Assembly (NCBI GenBank): GCA_043228905.1
Contig: JBHGNT010000005.1
Location: forward strand, 24,242,001-24,306,000
From: Azolla caroliniana
Taxonomy: Eukaryota; Plantae; Polypodiophyta
DNA length: 64,000 nucleotides
Reading direction: 5' to 3'
Made by a program: the position numbers and the translations under genes. The notes beneath the pieces were generated by a model. That model was not told where the DNA came from. It ran no database searches and saw only the letters and a program-made list of their open reading frames with translations. Below, piece by piece: positions 20,761 through 33,000 of this stretch (position 1 is its first letter; every line of letters begins with the position of its first letter).

Positions 20761-23700
20761 CGAGGTCGTTGCCTCTGTTGTAACCGCCGCCTGTGGCGAA
20801 GATCTGAGAGCACGAGGTCGTTGCCTCAGTGATCTCACTGTTGTATATTTCTACATAGCGACAGTTTGCAGCTTGTGGGCTGCCGTGGTTTTTCCCCTAT
20901 TTTGGGGTTTTCCACGTATACCTCCTGTGTACCATTTCTCCTCTTTTGTGTCACGTTTCATTACCTATTTTTCTGTGTATGTAAAGAATCTCGGTTGTGG
21001 CCGAGCGTCGGACAAAAGGAACGTCGAGTTCCCAACAAGTGGTATCAGAGCGAAATCGACATAGAAAATGGACGAATCGTTTGGCGGCATGTTCAAGCTC
21101 ACCGGCTCCAACTATTCAGTGTGGAAGTCGAAGATGAGGGACATGCTCGTGGTTAAAGACCTCTGGCTGCCGGTTCAGTTCGGGGACAAGAGACTGGACA
21201 AAATCGACGCCGCGATATGGGAGGTGATGCACATGAAGACAACGGCGTACATACGGTGCTTCATCGACATGAGCCTGTACAACAACTTCAATGAAGAGAG
21301 CAAGGCTCATGAGCTCTGGGAGAAGATCGGCATGATGTTCCAGAACAAAAAAGTTGTCAATCAGGCGTCGGTATTCCGGAAGCTTGTAAGACTCCGGTAC
21401 CAAGATGGCTCCAGCATGGCGGAGCATATGAATGCCTTCCAGGGGCTGATTCACCAGGCAATGTCATTGGAAGTACCTCTTGCCGATGAGGTCCTAGCGC
21501 TACTCCTGCTTGGTTCCCTCCCGGATAGCTGGGAGACGTTGGTTGTTACTTTGGGCAACGCCGGGCCGGAAGGAAAACGGTTATCCCTAGCAAGAGTAAA
21601 GTCGAGCTTGCTAGATGAGGAGGCTCGTCGGAAAGACAAAGATACGAGCTCCGACTCCAAAGCGCTCCTTACCGAATCGGAACGCGGAAGACATAGAAAC
21701 CGTAGTCCCCAGAACCGGGAGAAGTCGGGGACACGATCAAAGTCAAGGGGGAGGCCTACTTGCTTCTATTGCGGCAAGCCGGGACACTTCCAAAAGAACT
21801 GTCGGCATTTCCGTAAAGACAAGGAAACCGACGGTACCGATTCGAAGCAAACCCCAAACCGGAACGGTACAGACCGGAACGGTAAAGACCGGAGGGGGCC
21901 GGACCGGAAGGGAACGACGGCAATTGCGGCAAGTGAAGAGGAGTTGATGCTCATCACCGAGGAGAGTGAGATAAACCATGCCGGCGATGAGATGACCTGG
22001 GTGGTAGACTCCGGAGCGTCGTTCCACCTTACCCCGGACCGGAAATGCTTCTCATCCTACTCAGCCGGTGATCACGGCTGTGTCCGGATGGGGAATGAAG
22101 GAACATGCCGAATTGTCGGCATAGGAGACGTGTGGCTGACAACACCAACCGGATGCAAATTGCTGTTGAAAGATGTCCGACACGTTCCGGAAGTTCGTCT
22201 GAACCTGATATCAGCCGGTCGGCTAGATGATGAAGGCTACACGGGTAGCATCCGGAACGGTGTCATGAAGTTCAGCAAAGGGAGCCTGATTGTGGCTCGG
22301 GCCCGGAAGGTAAACACACTGTACCTGATGAATACCCGGTTATGTCCGGAAGAAGTGAACGTGGCTTCCGACACTGCCGGTGAGCTGTGGCACAAGAGGC
22401 TATGTCACATGAGTGAGAAGGGGATGAAGAGGCTTGCAGACGACAACCTCATCCCAGTGAAGAACGTGCATTTAGAGAAGTGCACTGATTGTCTGGCCGG
22501 TAAACAGAACCGGACCTCCTTCCGACCAAGGCCACCGATGAGACGTAATGCACCACTGGAGTTGGTGCATACGGATGTTTGTCAAGTAGACACGAAGTCA
22601 CATGCCGGAGCGCAGTACTTCGTGACGTTCATAGATGACCACAACCGGAAGCTGTGGGCCACACCGCTGAAGACAAAGGATCAGGTGTTATCCGTCTTCA
22701 AAGAGCTCCACGCGAGAGTGGAAAGAGAAACCGGCCAGAAGCTGAAGGCGGTTCGAGCAGATAACGGAGTTGAGTACCGGGGGCAGTTCGAGGAGTACTG
22801 CCGCTCGAAGGGAATCCGGCTCGAATTTACCGTGCCGAAGACGCCGGAACTAAACGGACTGGCCGAGAGGATGAACCGGACCATAATGGAGAGGGTCCGG
22901 AGTATGCTAGCGCATGCAAAACTACCCAAGAAGTTTTGGGCTGAGGCACTGTCGTCGGCGACATATGTGATAAACAGATCACCCTCAGTACCCTTGGACG
23001 GAGACATGCCACAGAGAGTATGGACCGGTAAGGAAGTGTCCTACCGGTATCTGAGGGTGTTCGGGTGTCTCGCGTACGTGCATGTAGCAAAGGACCGGAG
23101 AGGAAAGCTAGATCCAAAGACCCGGCCATGCATATTCCTCGGTTACGGTGACGATGAGTTCGGCTACCGAGTGTGGGACCCGGTCGACAAGAAGGTATTC
23201 CGGAGTCGAGATATTATCTTCATGGAGGACAAGACGCTCGCCGACTGGGAGTCGGAGAAGAAGATAATGAACTCCGAGTCGACCGGTAAGGATAGACTCT
23301 ACAATGAGCAGACCCAACCGGCAAGAGACCGGTTAGCACTCGAGGAACCAGCCGGTTACGGTGAGGATACCGAACCGGCAGAAGAAGTAGAGGAAGCTGA
23401 GACCGGAACCGGTAAAGACCCCGAATCGGATTCGGATGAAGAGCAAATGGAGGAACCGATTACCGAAGCCCGAAGACGTAGATATCCTCTCAGAGAGAGA
23501 AGGGCGCCCCGGAGATTTTCGGATGCAGAGCATGTCCTGCTGACCGATGAGGGGGAGCCGGAAAGCTTCGAAGAAGCGAAGGTTGACACCCACAGCCGAA
23601 AATGGTTAAGTGCCATGCAGGATGAGATGGATTCCCTGCATGAGCGCCATACGTACGAATTGGTGGAGCTGCCGAAAGGAAAGCGGGCACTCCGAAACAA

Positions 23701-25493
23701 GTGGGTATTCAAGTTGAAACCGGGAGATGCCGGCAACCCCCCGAGATACAAAGCCAGGATCGTGGTGAAGGGGTTCCAGCAGAAGAAGGGCGTGGACTCC
23801 GACGAAATATTCGCCCCAGTAGTAAAGATGACCTCCATCCGGACGGTGCTGAGTATAGCAGCAAGCATGGATCTCGAGGTAGAGCAGCTGGACGTGAAGA
23901 CGGCATTCCTTCACGGCGACCTCGAAGAGGAGATCTACATGCAACAACCGGAAGGATTTGTGGAGAAAGGGAAGGAGCACCTGGTATGCCGGTTGAAGAA
24001 GAGCCTATACGGACTGAAGCAGGCTCCCCGGCAATGGTATCGGAAGTTCGACTCCTTCATGACCGATCAAGGGTACCACAAGACGCAGGCCGATCACTGC
24101 GTGTTTGTGAAGAAGTTCGAAGGAGGGGACTTCCTGATACTCCTCCTGTACGTGGATGACATGTTGATCGTCGGACGAGGCCAAGGAAAAATACGGATGC
24201 TGAAGAAGGCTCTCAACCGGACCTTCTCAATGAAGGACTTGGGTCCGGCAAGACAGATGTTGGGGATGCACATCATTCGGGACCGGTCAGTGAAGCAACT
24301 ATGGCTGTCACAGGAGAAGTATGTGACAAAGGTGCTTCACCGGTTCAACATGTCAGATGCAAAACCGGTCGGATCGACACTTCCGGCAAACTGCAAGTTG
24401 TCCGGCAAGCAAAGCCCGAAGACAAAAGGAGAGAAGGCAGATATGATGAAGATTCCATATGCCTCTGCCGTCGGGAGCTTGATGTACGCAATGGTTTGTA
24501 CCCGACCGGACATTGGATACGCAGTCGGAGTGGTGAGCCGGTTTATGAGCAACCCCGGCAAGGAGCATTGGAACGCGGTCAAGTGGATACTCCGGTATTT
24601 GAAGGGCACTTCAAATATGTGTCTCTGATTCGGCTCCGGAAAACCTCAACTAGACGGTTTCACCGATTCGGACATGTCGGCTGATGTGGACACCAGCCGG
24701 TCTACATCCGGGTATGTGATGACATATGCAGGGGGAGCTGTTTCGTGGCAGTCGAGGCTGCAGAAGACGGTTGCATTGTCAACCACAGAGTCGGAGTACA
24801 TGGTGGCTGTAGAAGCCGGCAAGGAAATATTATGGATGAAGGACTTCATTGGAGAGCTCGGTATCCGGCAAGAGGAATACCGACTCTACTGCGACAGTCA
24901 AAGTGCCATCCACCTTGCTAAGAATGCGGCCTACCATTCCCGGACGAAGCATATCCAGCGGAGGTATCACTGGATCCGGGAAAGGGTAGATGACCAGGAG
25001 TTCGCATTGGCGAAGATCCACACGGCCGAGAACGGGTCAGATATGCTGACCAAAATGTTGACACCCGACAAGCTGGACGCATGCCGGAAGAGGATCGGGC
25101 TGGAAAGACACCCCATGCCGGAGTGAAGGGGGAGTTTGTTGGAAGACAGGTTTAGAACAGTGCCGACGAACAAACTCGGCTGAGGCCGAAACGGTATGAA
25201 CCGAATGGGGAGAACCCGACTTCGGAGAGTCGGATGGTGTAGGCCCGGTATGAACCGGATGAGGAGTACCCGACTGCGGAGAGTCGGATGGTGTAGGTCC
25301 GGTATGAACCGGATGAGGAGTACCCGACTGCGGAGAGCCGGATGGAGCCCATCGAGGATACATTTGTAAATAGCCGAAAAGTCATATTAGTATAAATATG
25401 ACTTAGGGCAAACTTTTAGTGCGTGTGCAGTCGTCGTTTTTGTTGTGATTATTCTTCCTTGTTGGTGCAAGAAGAAATTAGAGCGCATAACTG

Positions 25494-25552
<59 letters not shown>

Positions 25553-25828
25553 GAGGTCATTGCCTCTGTTGTAACCGCCGCCTGTGGCGAAGATCTGAGA
25601 GCACGAGGTCGTTGCCTCAGTGATCTCACTGTTGTATATTTCTACATAGCGACAGTTTGCAGCTTGTGGGCTGCCGTGGTTTTTCCCCTATTTTGGGGTT
25701 TTCCACGTATACCTCCTGTGTACCATTTCTCCTCTTTTGTGTCGCGTTTCATTACCTGTTTTTCTGTGTATGTAAAGAATCTCGGTTGTGGCCGAGCGTC
25801 GGACAAAAGGAACGTCGAGTTCCCAACA
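20348..25828 (+). mobile_element. Ty1/Copia LTR retrotransposon, young and near-intact, nested in the Gypsy integrase
   Basis: LTRs at 20348-21037 and 25137-25828 (TGTTGG...CCCAACA). TSD AACGG at 20343-20347 and 25829-25833. PBS TGGTATCAGAGC (tRNA-iMet) at 21040; PPT GAAGGGGGAG at 25125. LTRs contain ~3 x 54-bp tandem units and (GA)n. Confidence 0.97.
21068..25126 (+). CDS. Copia gag-pol polyprotein (Tnt1-like) with a single premature TGA at 24626-24628
   Basis: CFYCGKPGHFQKNC, WVVDSGASFH, GAG-pre-integrase, integrase, RT LLLYVDDML, RNase H in the same frame after the stop (likely CGA>TGA). Confidence 0.95.
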
Positions 25829-26447
25829 AACGGTTCCTACCAATTAGGGACACTCACTGGCGAGGTTCTGGGTAAATGGGTCAACGGGTTCCGACTCAAA
25901 CCATACAATGGACCCATGCCAAGAAACCCATTTGAACAAGTGAAGGGCGACACAGAACCGGACACCGGTAAGTCGGAAGCGCTGGCAAGCGGTCCAGCGT
26001 CCGGCAGGGATCACAATCCGGATAGGGGTCTAGTGGGACCGGTTGCTAATTAGCAAAACCATTTATCTTAAAAAAAAATAAAAATAAAAAAATTTAAAAA
26101 ATTTAAAATAAATAAATAAATAAATAATCAAATCAAATCAAAGTAAATCATGCAAGGGCGAGGGGTGAACGGACACATGCAAAAAGAAGGAGTGAACATG
26201 CACTTTGAAAAGGTACGTAGTGGGCTATTAATAGGGTATTAAACTGCCGCCACATGGCACGTCATTCTATTTTAGTACACGACGTGCACATGCGCGGGTA
26301 ATGAAAAAAAAAACAGGCGCCAACATGCAACAAGAAGACCCCCGCCACATAGAAACCCTCACATTTCGCGAACAGAGGAGCACAAACGCAGACAGGCGAT
26401 TGAAGATTAGCAGACGCAAACCCACGCACACAGAGACTCCTCACACA

Positions 26448-29054
26448 CAACCCTCACCAGCGCTCACCGACCTCGACGAAGCCATGGATTGCCAAGGACT
26501 CTCTGAAGCGGCCAAGAAGTGGCTAAGGCAACATGGCTTAGAGGGTTTCCTCACCATTATGGAGGCGCCACCGCACCGGAGGCGGAGAAGATAGTCAAAG
26601 AAATCGACACAGAGCTGATTATTGAGAAGGCCATCCATGCGTTGATTGGCCTTCCGAAAGGGGGAATCTTCACTATCGACAACCCTACCCCGGAACAACT
26701 CTGAAAATACTTTGGGGAATACTCTCTGGCAAGCAAGGCCTACCAGACACAGGGCGGCGAAGATCCTCTCTTTTGAGAGATTGCCCGAGTGCTCCATGAA
26801 TTCGGACATGTATACCCTCGACCCCCCTGCATGGCCCAGAACCGAGCCGGCTTAATCATAGCCACATACGAAGGCATGAAGGTGGACTGGGAGGTGCTGA
26901 TTGCGGATGGCCTCTGTGCGGCCATAGACTCTGTCAGAGGCAAAGAGGGTTGGAAGATATGGACGGCGATGGCGCAATGGCTCACTCTATTGGCGCCACC
27001 TATTGAGGCGGAAATGCAGGCGGAAGCGGCAGGAGGAAACGCAGGAGGAGCCACCGGTGCGGCCAATCAAGATCAGGCTTAGCCGACCGGTTCAACAAGC
27101 GCCGGACCCCTTGGCATTGAAAATCAACATCGGGACTCAGGAGGAGGAAACGGAGGAGGAACCGTTAGAGCACCTTCAGCGGCGCCAAAAAGCAAGCACC
27201 TCCGAACATGCCGGGGAGCGTTCGGACCCAAAGAAGGATGGAACGCCTGTACCCCGCCCTGAGCAACCCGCACCAAGGATGGAACCGGAACCGGTTCGGA
27301 CAGAACCGGCCACAGAGCCCCCTGCACACTAACCTCTACCGGCGGGTCAGGATACGACAAGACCCGATATGCAAGCGCCGGAAGTACAGTTGCCGACCCC
27401 ACCGGCAGGCCAAGAGCATTCAGAGGTGGAGCGGCCAACAGAGCCGCAACCAGAACGGCAAAGTGGTCACCAACAAGAGCCAGAGTTGCAGCTCGATGCA
27501 ACTGGACAAAACCGGCCACTGGCCAACGACACCAACAGCCAACCCTCCGGGCAGAGGCAACAATAGGGCACCGACAGCCAATGGCTCCGGTGGATTGGAG
27601 AACAGATTTCCGGAGTGGTACACTACATAGAGGCGGAAGAGAAAGCGCAGATGGACCGGTTACTCGTCACAACCGGAGAACTAGAGACGGCCCGGTCAAG
27701 GATCCGGAGCCTAGAACAAGACTTGGACCTGGCCATAGAAGAATTGGCCAAAATGGCCTTAATCGGACCACAGCTCCAAGCACCGGTGACCCCGGTCGAT
27801 GTACAGAATAAAGAAGTACCAGCACCTGTACATAGCAATAAGACCCCGGAGACGGAAACAGTCCCGGAGCTAGTGGCGGCGCAAGGAAAAGAGCTTGATG
27901 AATTAAGAGATGAACTGGCCGCAAAGGAAGCATTACGCACCTGAGAGCGGGACTTGAAGAAAGCGGCAGAAGAAGAGCAACGAAAGACTGCTAAGAACCT
28001 CCGCCGAGCAGAAGAGAATCTGCGGAAAGGACATCAGGCCTACGACCGGCTGAAGGAGGAGAAAGAGAAGGCGCTGCAAGAAAAGGAGAAGCTGCGACGG
28101 ATGGCGGAAACAGAGATCGAAAGGTTGAAAGAAGAACTCCGTCAGCAAAAGGACCGGGAAGATTGCGCTCGCCGGCAACTCAACCAAAAGCTGAAGCAGA
28201 AAACCGATGATTTTGAGCACCTGCACCGGGACTACAAGCACCTGGATACGGAGCATAAGAAATAGCAGGAGAAGATGGCAGAGCTCCGACAGGAGGTACA
28301 TCGGGTTGAGACGATGTTGGCGGAGGAACGGGCTGAAAGAACCACGCTACTGGAGGAAGCCGTGCAAGAACGGATGGAGCTGCATAATCAGCATTATGAA
28401 GAGAAGGAAAGAGCGACGATGATCTTGCAAAGGTTGCAGACCACTTATCAAACCCAATTGTCACATTACCAGGAGCAGGAGGTGGATACGCTGGCACTCA
28501 TCAAGCAGTTGAAGGACGAACGGCAAGCCGCAGAGGACAAATCAAACATGGGATTGGAGCGGATCCAGTTCATTGTCCAGGCATGGAGGAACAAGACCAA
28601 ACGCTTGATTGACGAAAGCTCTGCGCAATGGTGGGACAAATGGGCAAAGCACACAACCGAGCTCCAGTTGCTACGGGCAGACGCGGAAAACCGGCAGAGG
28701 GATGGCGACGACTGCTACATGCTAACGAAGGAGGACTTCACCGCCGTCAGAGAGGAATTAGCCGAAGATTTTATCACACTAGCGGAGGAGCAGGAAGCAG
28801 TGGTTCAGCAACTTGTAGCCCAGCTAGATGATGATCGACTGGATGCTCAAATCCAGTTTGAGAGCTATGAGCAGACTAGGCTATGGAGAGAAGAAGCAAA
28901 GCATGCGGCGATCGTCAACCTCAGTGATGAGGAGCCATCACCGGAGCAAGGACCGGACGGAGACAAGGCCGGGACGTGTCAACCAGAGTCAAATCCAGCG
29001 GAGCATCTAACAGATGAATCACCGCCACAACCGTCGGTATCGGGAGCCGACTAG
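26448..29054 (+). pseudogene. Gypsy 3' extra ORF (broken): globular N-terminus, Pro/Glu-rich linker, long coiled coil
   Basis: Series of same-strand ORF pieces (26519, 26789, 27003, 27615, 27954, 28275) between pol and the 3' LTR, separated by single stops or frameshifts. E/K/R/L heptad-rich C-terminus. Confidence 0.7.
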
Positions 29055-29239
29055 ACGCTCGCTCAGGAGCAACAGTCGGAGGAGCCGCAGCCACCGCAAC
29101 AACAACAGCCGCAACAACAACCGAATTCCGAACAACCATTGGATACCCTAGAGCAGAGTATTTTGGACATCTTGGACGAAGGCTAAGGGCCGGATAGTGG
29201 GATTCGACGTACAAGGTACTATCCCACGGGCGTGCCATG

Positions 29240-29659
29240 TGTTACCCGGCCGACAAAGGAGCAGAGACCAGAATGTGAAAAGGGATGGTTATTCGGAATA
29301 TATTTAATTAAGTAGATTAGATTATAATTATGCAGTGAACAGACGGACCAGAATTGGTATGCCGATCCGGATCCGCCGTTTTGTACGCATCACCGGTGAC
29401 CTATATAAAGGCCCGGTTACAATGTATAACTCTAACGGAGAATTAATATAAGCTTCTTGGTTTTATCTTCACATATTGATTACCGTTCTGAATTAATTGT
29501 TATATCTTACGCGTGTATTAAGTGTATGCCTTATTGTTAAGTAACTAATTAAGTCGAAGTAATCGTTGTGTCTTAAGTTATCTCGTCGTAACACCCTTTG
29601 GTGAAGTGTCTTCCGGAGACACTCTGTGTTAGGCCATTGTCCGGCCCTAAGGATTAACA
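29240..29659 (+). repeat. Gypsy 3' LTR
   Basis: Direct repeat of 5567-5986, followed by TSD AAGGG. Confidence 0.95.
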
Positions 29660-29790
29660 AAGGGAACTTTTGAGCGCGCCTTTTTAAAAAAATCCTATAC
29701 AGATGGTGGAGATTGCACGCGCCCTCAACTGAGCGACCTGCACCATCCACACCTGCAATTCCCTCACTTGCCCTCTTTAATATTTGTATG

Positions 29791-30040
29791 TAGTTAGACA
29801 CGTAGATATATGTATGTATGTATATGATATTATGTATGTAACGTATGTATGTGTGCTCGTGTCTAACTACAAATATAGTTAGACACGTAGATATATGTAT
29901 GTATGTATATGATATTATGTATGTAACGTATGTATGTGTGCTCGTGTCTAACTACAAATATAGTTAGACACGTAGATATATGTATGTATGTATATGATAT
30001 TATGTATGTAACGTATGTATGTGTGCTCGTGTCTAACTAC
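29791..30040. repeat. Three tandem 85-bp units made of MULE TIR tips around a TATG microsatellite
   Basis: Units start at 29791, 29876 and 29961: TAGTTAGACACG-(TATG-rich)-CGTGTCTAACTAC(AAATA). Confidence 0.92.
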
Positions 30041-33000
30041 TACCAAATATTAAAGAGGGCAAGTGAGGGAATCGCGGTCGCGGACGGTGCAGGTTGCTCA
30101 ACTAAGGGCGCATGCGATCTGCACCATCCGATGTCGATAAAAAGGTGATAGCGTCTATCACCAGGAACCCGACTCTCTGACAAACTCTGTTACCAGGAGC
30201 CTGACTCTTTGACAAACTCTATCACCAGGAGCCCAACTCTCTGACAACCTTTGTCACTAGGAGAGCCTGACTCAAAGCTTGACATCAAAAATTTCAAAAA
30301 CTTAAAAGTAATAAAATAATTAAAAATGGATGGTCCAGTGGTTAGAGTTATACTTAGAATTTGAGAGGTGTATTATTTTTTTGTTTCAACTTCTTCTTTT
30401 TTGGTTTTCTTCTTCTTCGCCTTCTTTCTTTTTTAGGGTTTTGACATTTGGTTTAGGGTATGTAGTCACTTTACACTTCATTTACATTTAAGGGGCCCTA
30501 ATAGTGGTATTGGATTCAACACCCTAATTATTAAATGTGATCATGGTGCCGCAATAGTCTAAAAGGTGTAAAATCGTCATCATCAAACACTTGACCAACA
30601 GTCGTTGACTATACCTTTGTGCCCTAGTATATTTGCAAACTTTGATTGATGCAAGTGAACTTTTTGCTTTAGTTTCTAGATTGAACATTTGTTTTTCTAT
30701 AACTCTTAAGATGATTCTTTTCATAATTCACTAATGACATTCCAAATAAGATTGTTCTCCATCTTAGATATCCTTTAATGTGAATATTCTTGCCAAAGAT
30801 CAAGAAAGTTTAGAACTTGAAAAGATGAAAATTTGTAAAGTGGCCTATGCATGGATTGTTACGATAGTGCAATCAAGTTTTCTATCATTGATTTCTTAGC
30901 CAAGAATGCATGCGAGAATTTTAGGTGGAATGCCCTTGAACTATTTTGGCAACACCATACAACCAAATAGGTCTTTATAGAACGTCAAAAGAGTTATTTA
31001 TTTAATGCTTGTCTAGTTCAAAATAGCTTGAATACACATATCCATGACTTCGCTTGGAAAGTGATTTTGTAGCTCAAAACAATATTGGAAACAAATGCTA
31101 GTTGATTTGTGAATATACAAGTCAAACAATGGTCTCCCGATGACATGCTCCTATAGCCAAAGAATTGACAATGTTCTCATCGTAGGGCCCCCATGCATCC
31201 TTGTGATTTGCTCATTCCTTTTTATAGCTGATAATGAGGCTCAATTCTTTTTATAGTTTTCAAGAGCTCATTTGCCAAATAAAAATAGAATGGCAAGCAC
31301 CACCACTTCACCCTAGATGGTCACTTAGCTTCCACAATTACTACATCATTGTTTTTGCATTTACAAGTTACAACATGCTGAATTCTTGTCTTTTGCAATT
31401 GTAGATCACTTACCCTATGATCATTCTAATAAGCATCGAGCCCTTAATACTTTTGTTCAAGTAAAGTTAGCTCTCACCATTTGGGTTATGTTTGATTGTC
31501 AAGTCAATATGCAACTCACTCATGTTCCAAGTAAAATTAATTCTCATAATTTGGGTTTTTTCTTGGTTCTTTGACTCTATAACATGGAATACTACGTCCA
31601 AATCATGAGCCAACACAAGAAGAAATGACACAATAACACATTCACATTTTAAAAAAAAAAATCCAAAAAAAACTCCTTCCATTAGTTATAAAATTTTACA
31701 AATGAGACGATTATGTACAAATCCCTATAGGGACGGCATAGTTCCATCTTATGTGGATGCTCACTGACTCAAGAAAGGGAGAGGACGACCATTGTTGGAT
31801 GAAGGCTATTCGTTGTCTTTCAACTCCATCGGAACCATCCTTGAGGCCATCATATTGGCTCTTTAGAGTGGCTACAATTTCACTCCATATCTCTTGAACA
31901 CATTCACATTTTCGAACTCACTCATTCACATTCACAGTAATATGCAACTCACTCATGTTCCAAGTAAAGTTAACTTTCATAATTTGGGCTTTTTCATGGG
32001 TCTTTGACTTTATACCATGGAGTACTCTACTTATGGATCATTAGCCAATATATGAAGAAATGTCACAATAACACATTCACATTTTCAAACTTGCAAGAAG
32101 CATTTAACACCACTTGGAATTTCCAAGATTAAATATACATAGCAAACAACTACTAAAGAGTACCAGAAACAATGGCACCTATAACATTTCAATTCCACAT
32201 GAAAGATTCCATATTAGCGTGTAAAATATATTAACATACATACATCTCTCTAGAGTACCAATATCAATTTATTACTACACCGTAGAAACACTGGAACTGT
32301 GTTCTCTCCACCACCAGAGCAATACTGACATGATTGGAAAACAATGAATCCGAGGTAAAAGAGCATATGAAAATGTAGTACGTTTTGTTCAATATACCCA
32401 TTATAGGCTATTGTCATGAAAGACTGCAATTAATATGGCCGATATCGTTGTGAACTTCCACCAATATTTGTTCCCCTACCCTGTCCATGTCTCTGAGATT
32501 GTGAGCCCGACCGAAACTTCGATGATCTCTATATGGAGCAAAGCTCGTGATAACTTTCAATTACGAGGTGGTTCCAAATACTACCTCCTGAGTCCTAGGA
32601 CAACACTCAATGTTCATAAGTGACGGCTTGGGGCGACTTATTACGATACAAATTAAAATACAAGAAATAAAAACAAAATTAAACTAAATTATACCTCGTG
32701 TTCTTTCAGTAAGCATTATTGCCTTGCCATTCTCTTCAATTATGTTCCCACCTTTGTGAAGCATCGGTAACTTTATGAGGCTCGAGTTACTAATAGGATT
32801 AACTTCTGTATGTGTAGTGTTCACACCTTCAACTATTCAGACCATCATCTCCGCATCGCCCAACTTGCAAATGATTATCTGATCCTTGCTTGCAAAACTT
32901 GGTGTTTTCGATTCGTTGACAAAAATTTCCCAAAAATCTACATTCACAAAGGTTCCATTTGAGCCTATATGAAGTGAATAATCAAAGAATGTTGTTGCCA

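Larger units (their letters stand above)
5567..29659 (+). mobile_element. Ty3/Gypsy LTR retrotransposon (non-chromovirus type with 3' extra ORF), disrupted by two nested insertions
   Basis: 420-bp LTRs TG...CA at 5567-5986 and 29240-29659 (about 16 substitutions by eye, nearly all transitions). TSD AAGGG at 5562-5566 and 29660-29664. PBS TGGCGACCAC at 5994. Domain order gag-PR-RT-RH-IN. Confidence 0.95.
1678..29804 (-). mobile_element. Mutator-like (MULE) DNA transposon, copy A, host of the nested Gypsy
   Basis: About 115-bp terminal inverted repeats (TGTCTAACTAC..AAAGAGGGCAAGTGAGGGAAT..) at ~1680-1795 and inverted at ~29690-29802. Subterminal GGAGCCC repeats at 1816-1985, inverted GGGCTCC repeats at 5305-5558. 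Degenerate MULE/SWIM transposase inside. TSD is unresolvable in the microsatellite flanks, so ends are approximate. Confidence 0.75.

Noticed and set aside
25387-26053. ORFs with ERERER / SLSLSL runs
   Set aside because: Translations of the (GA)n microsatellite in the Copia LTR.
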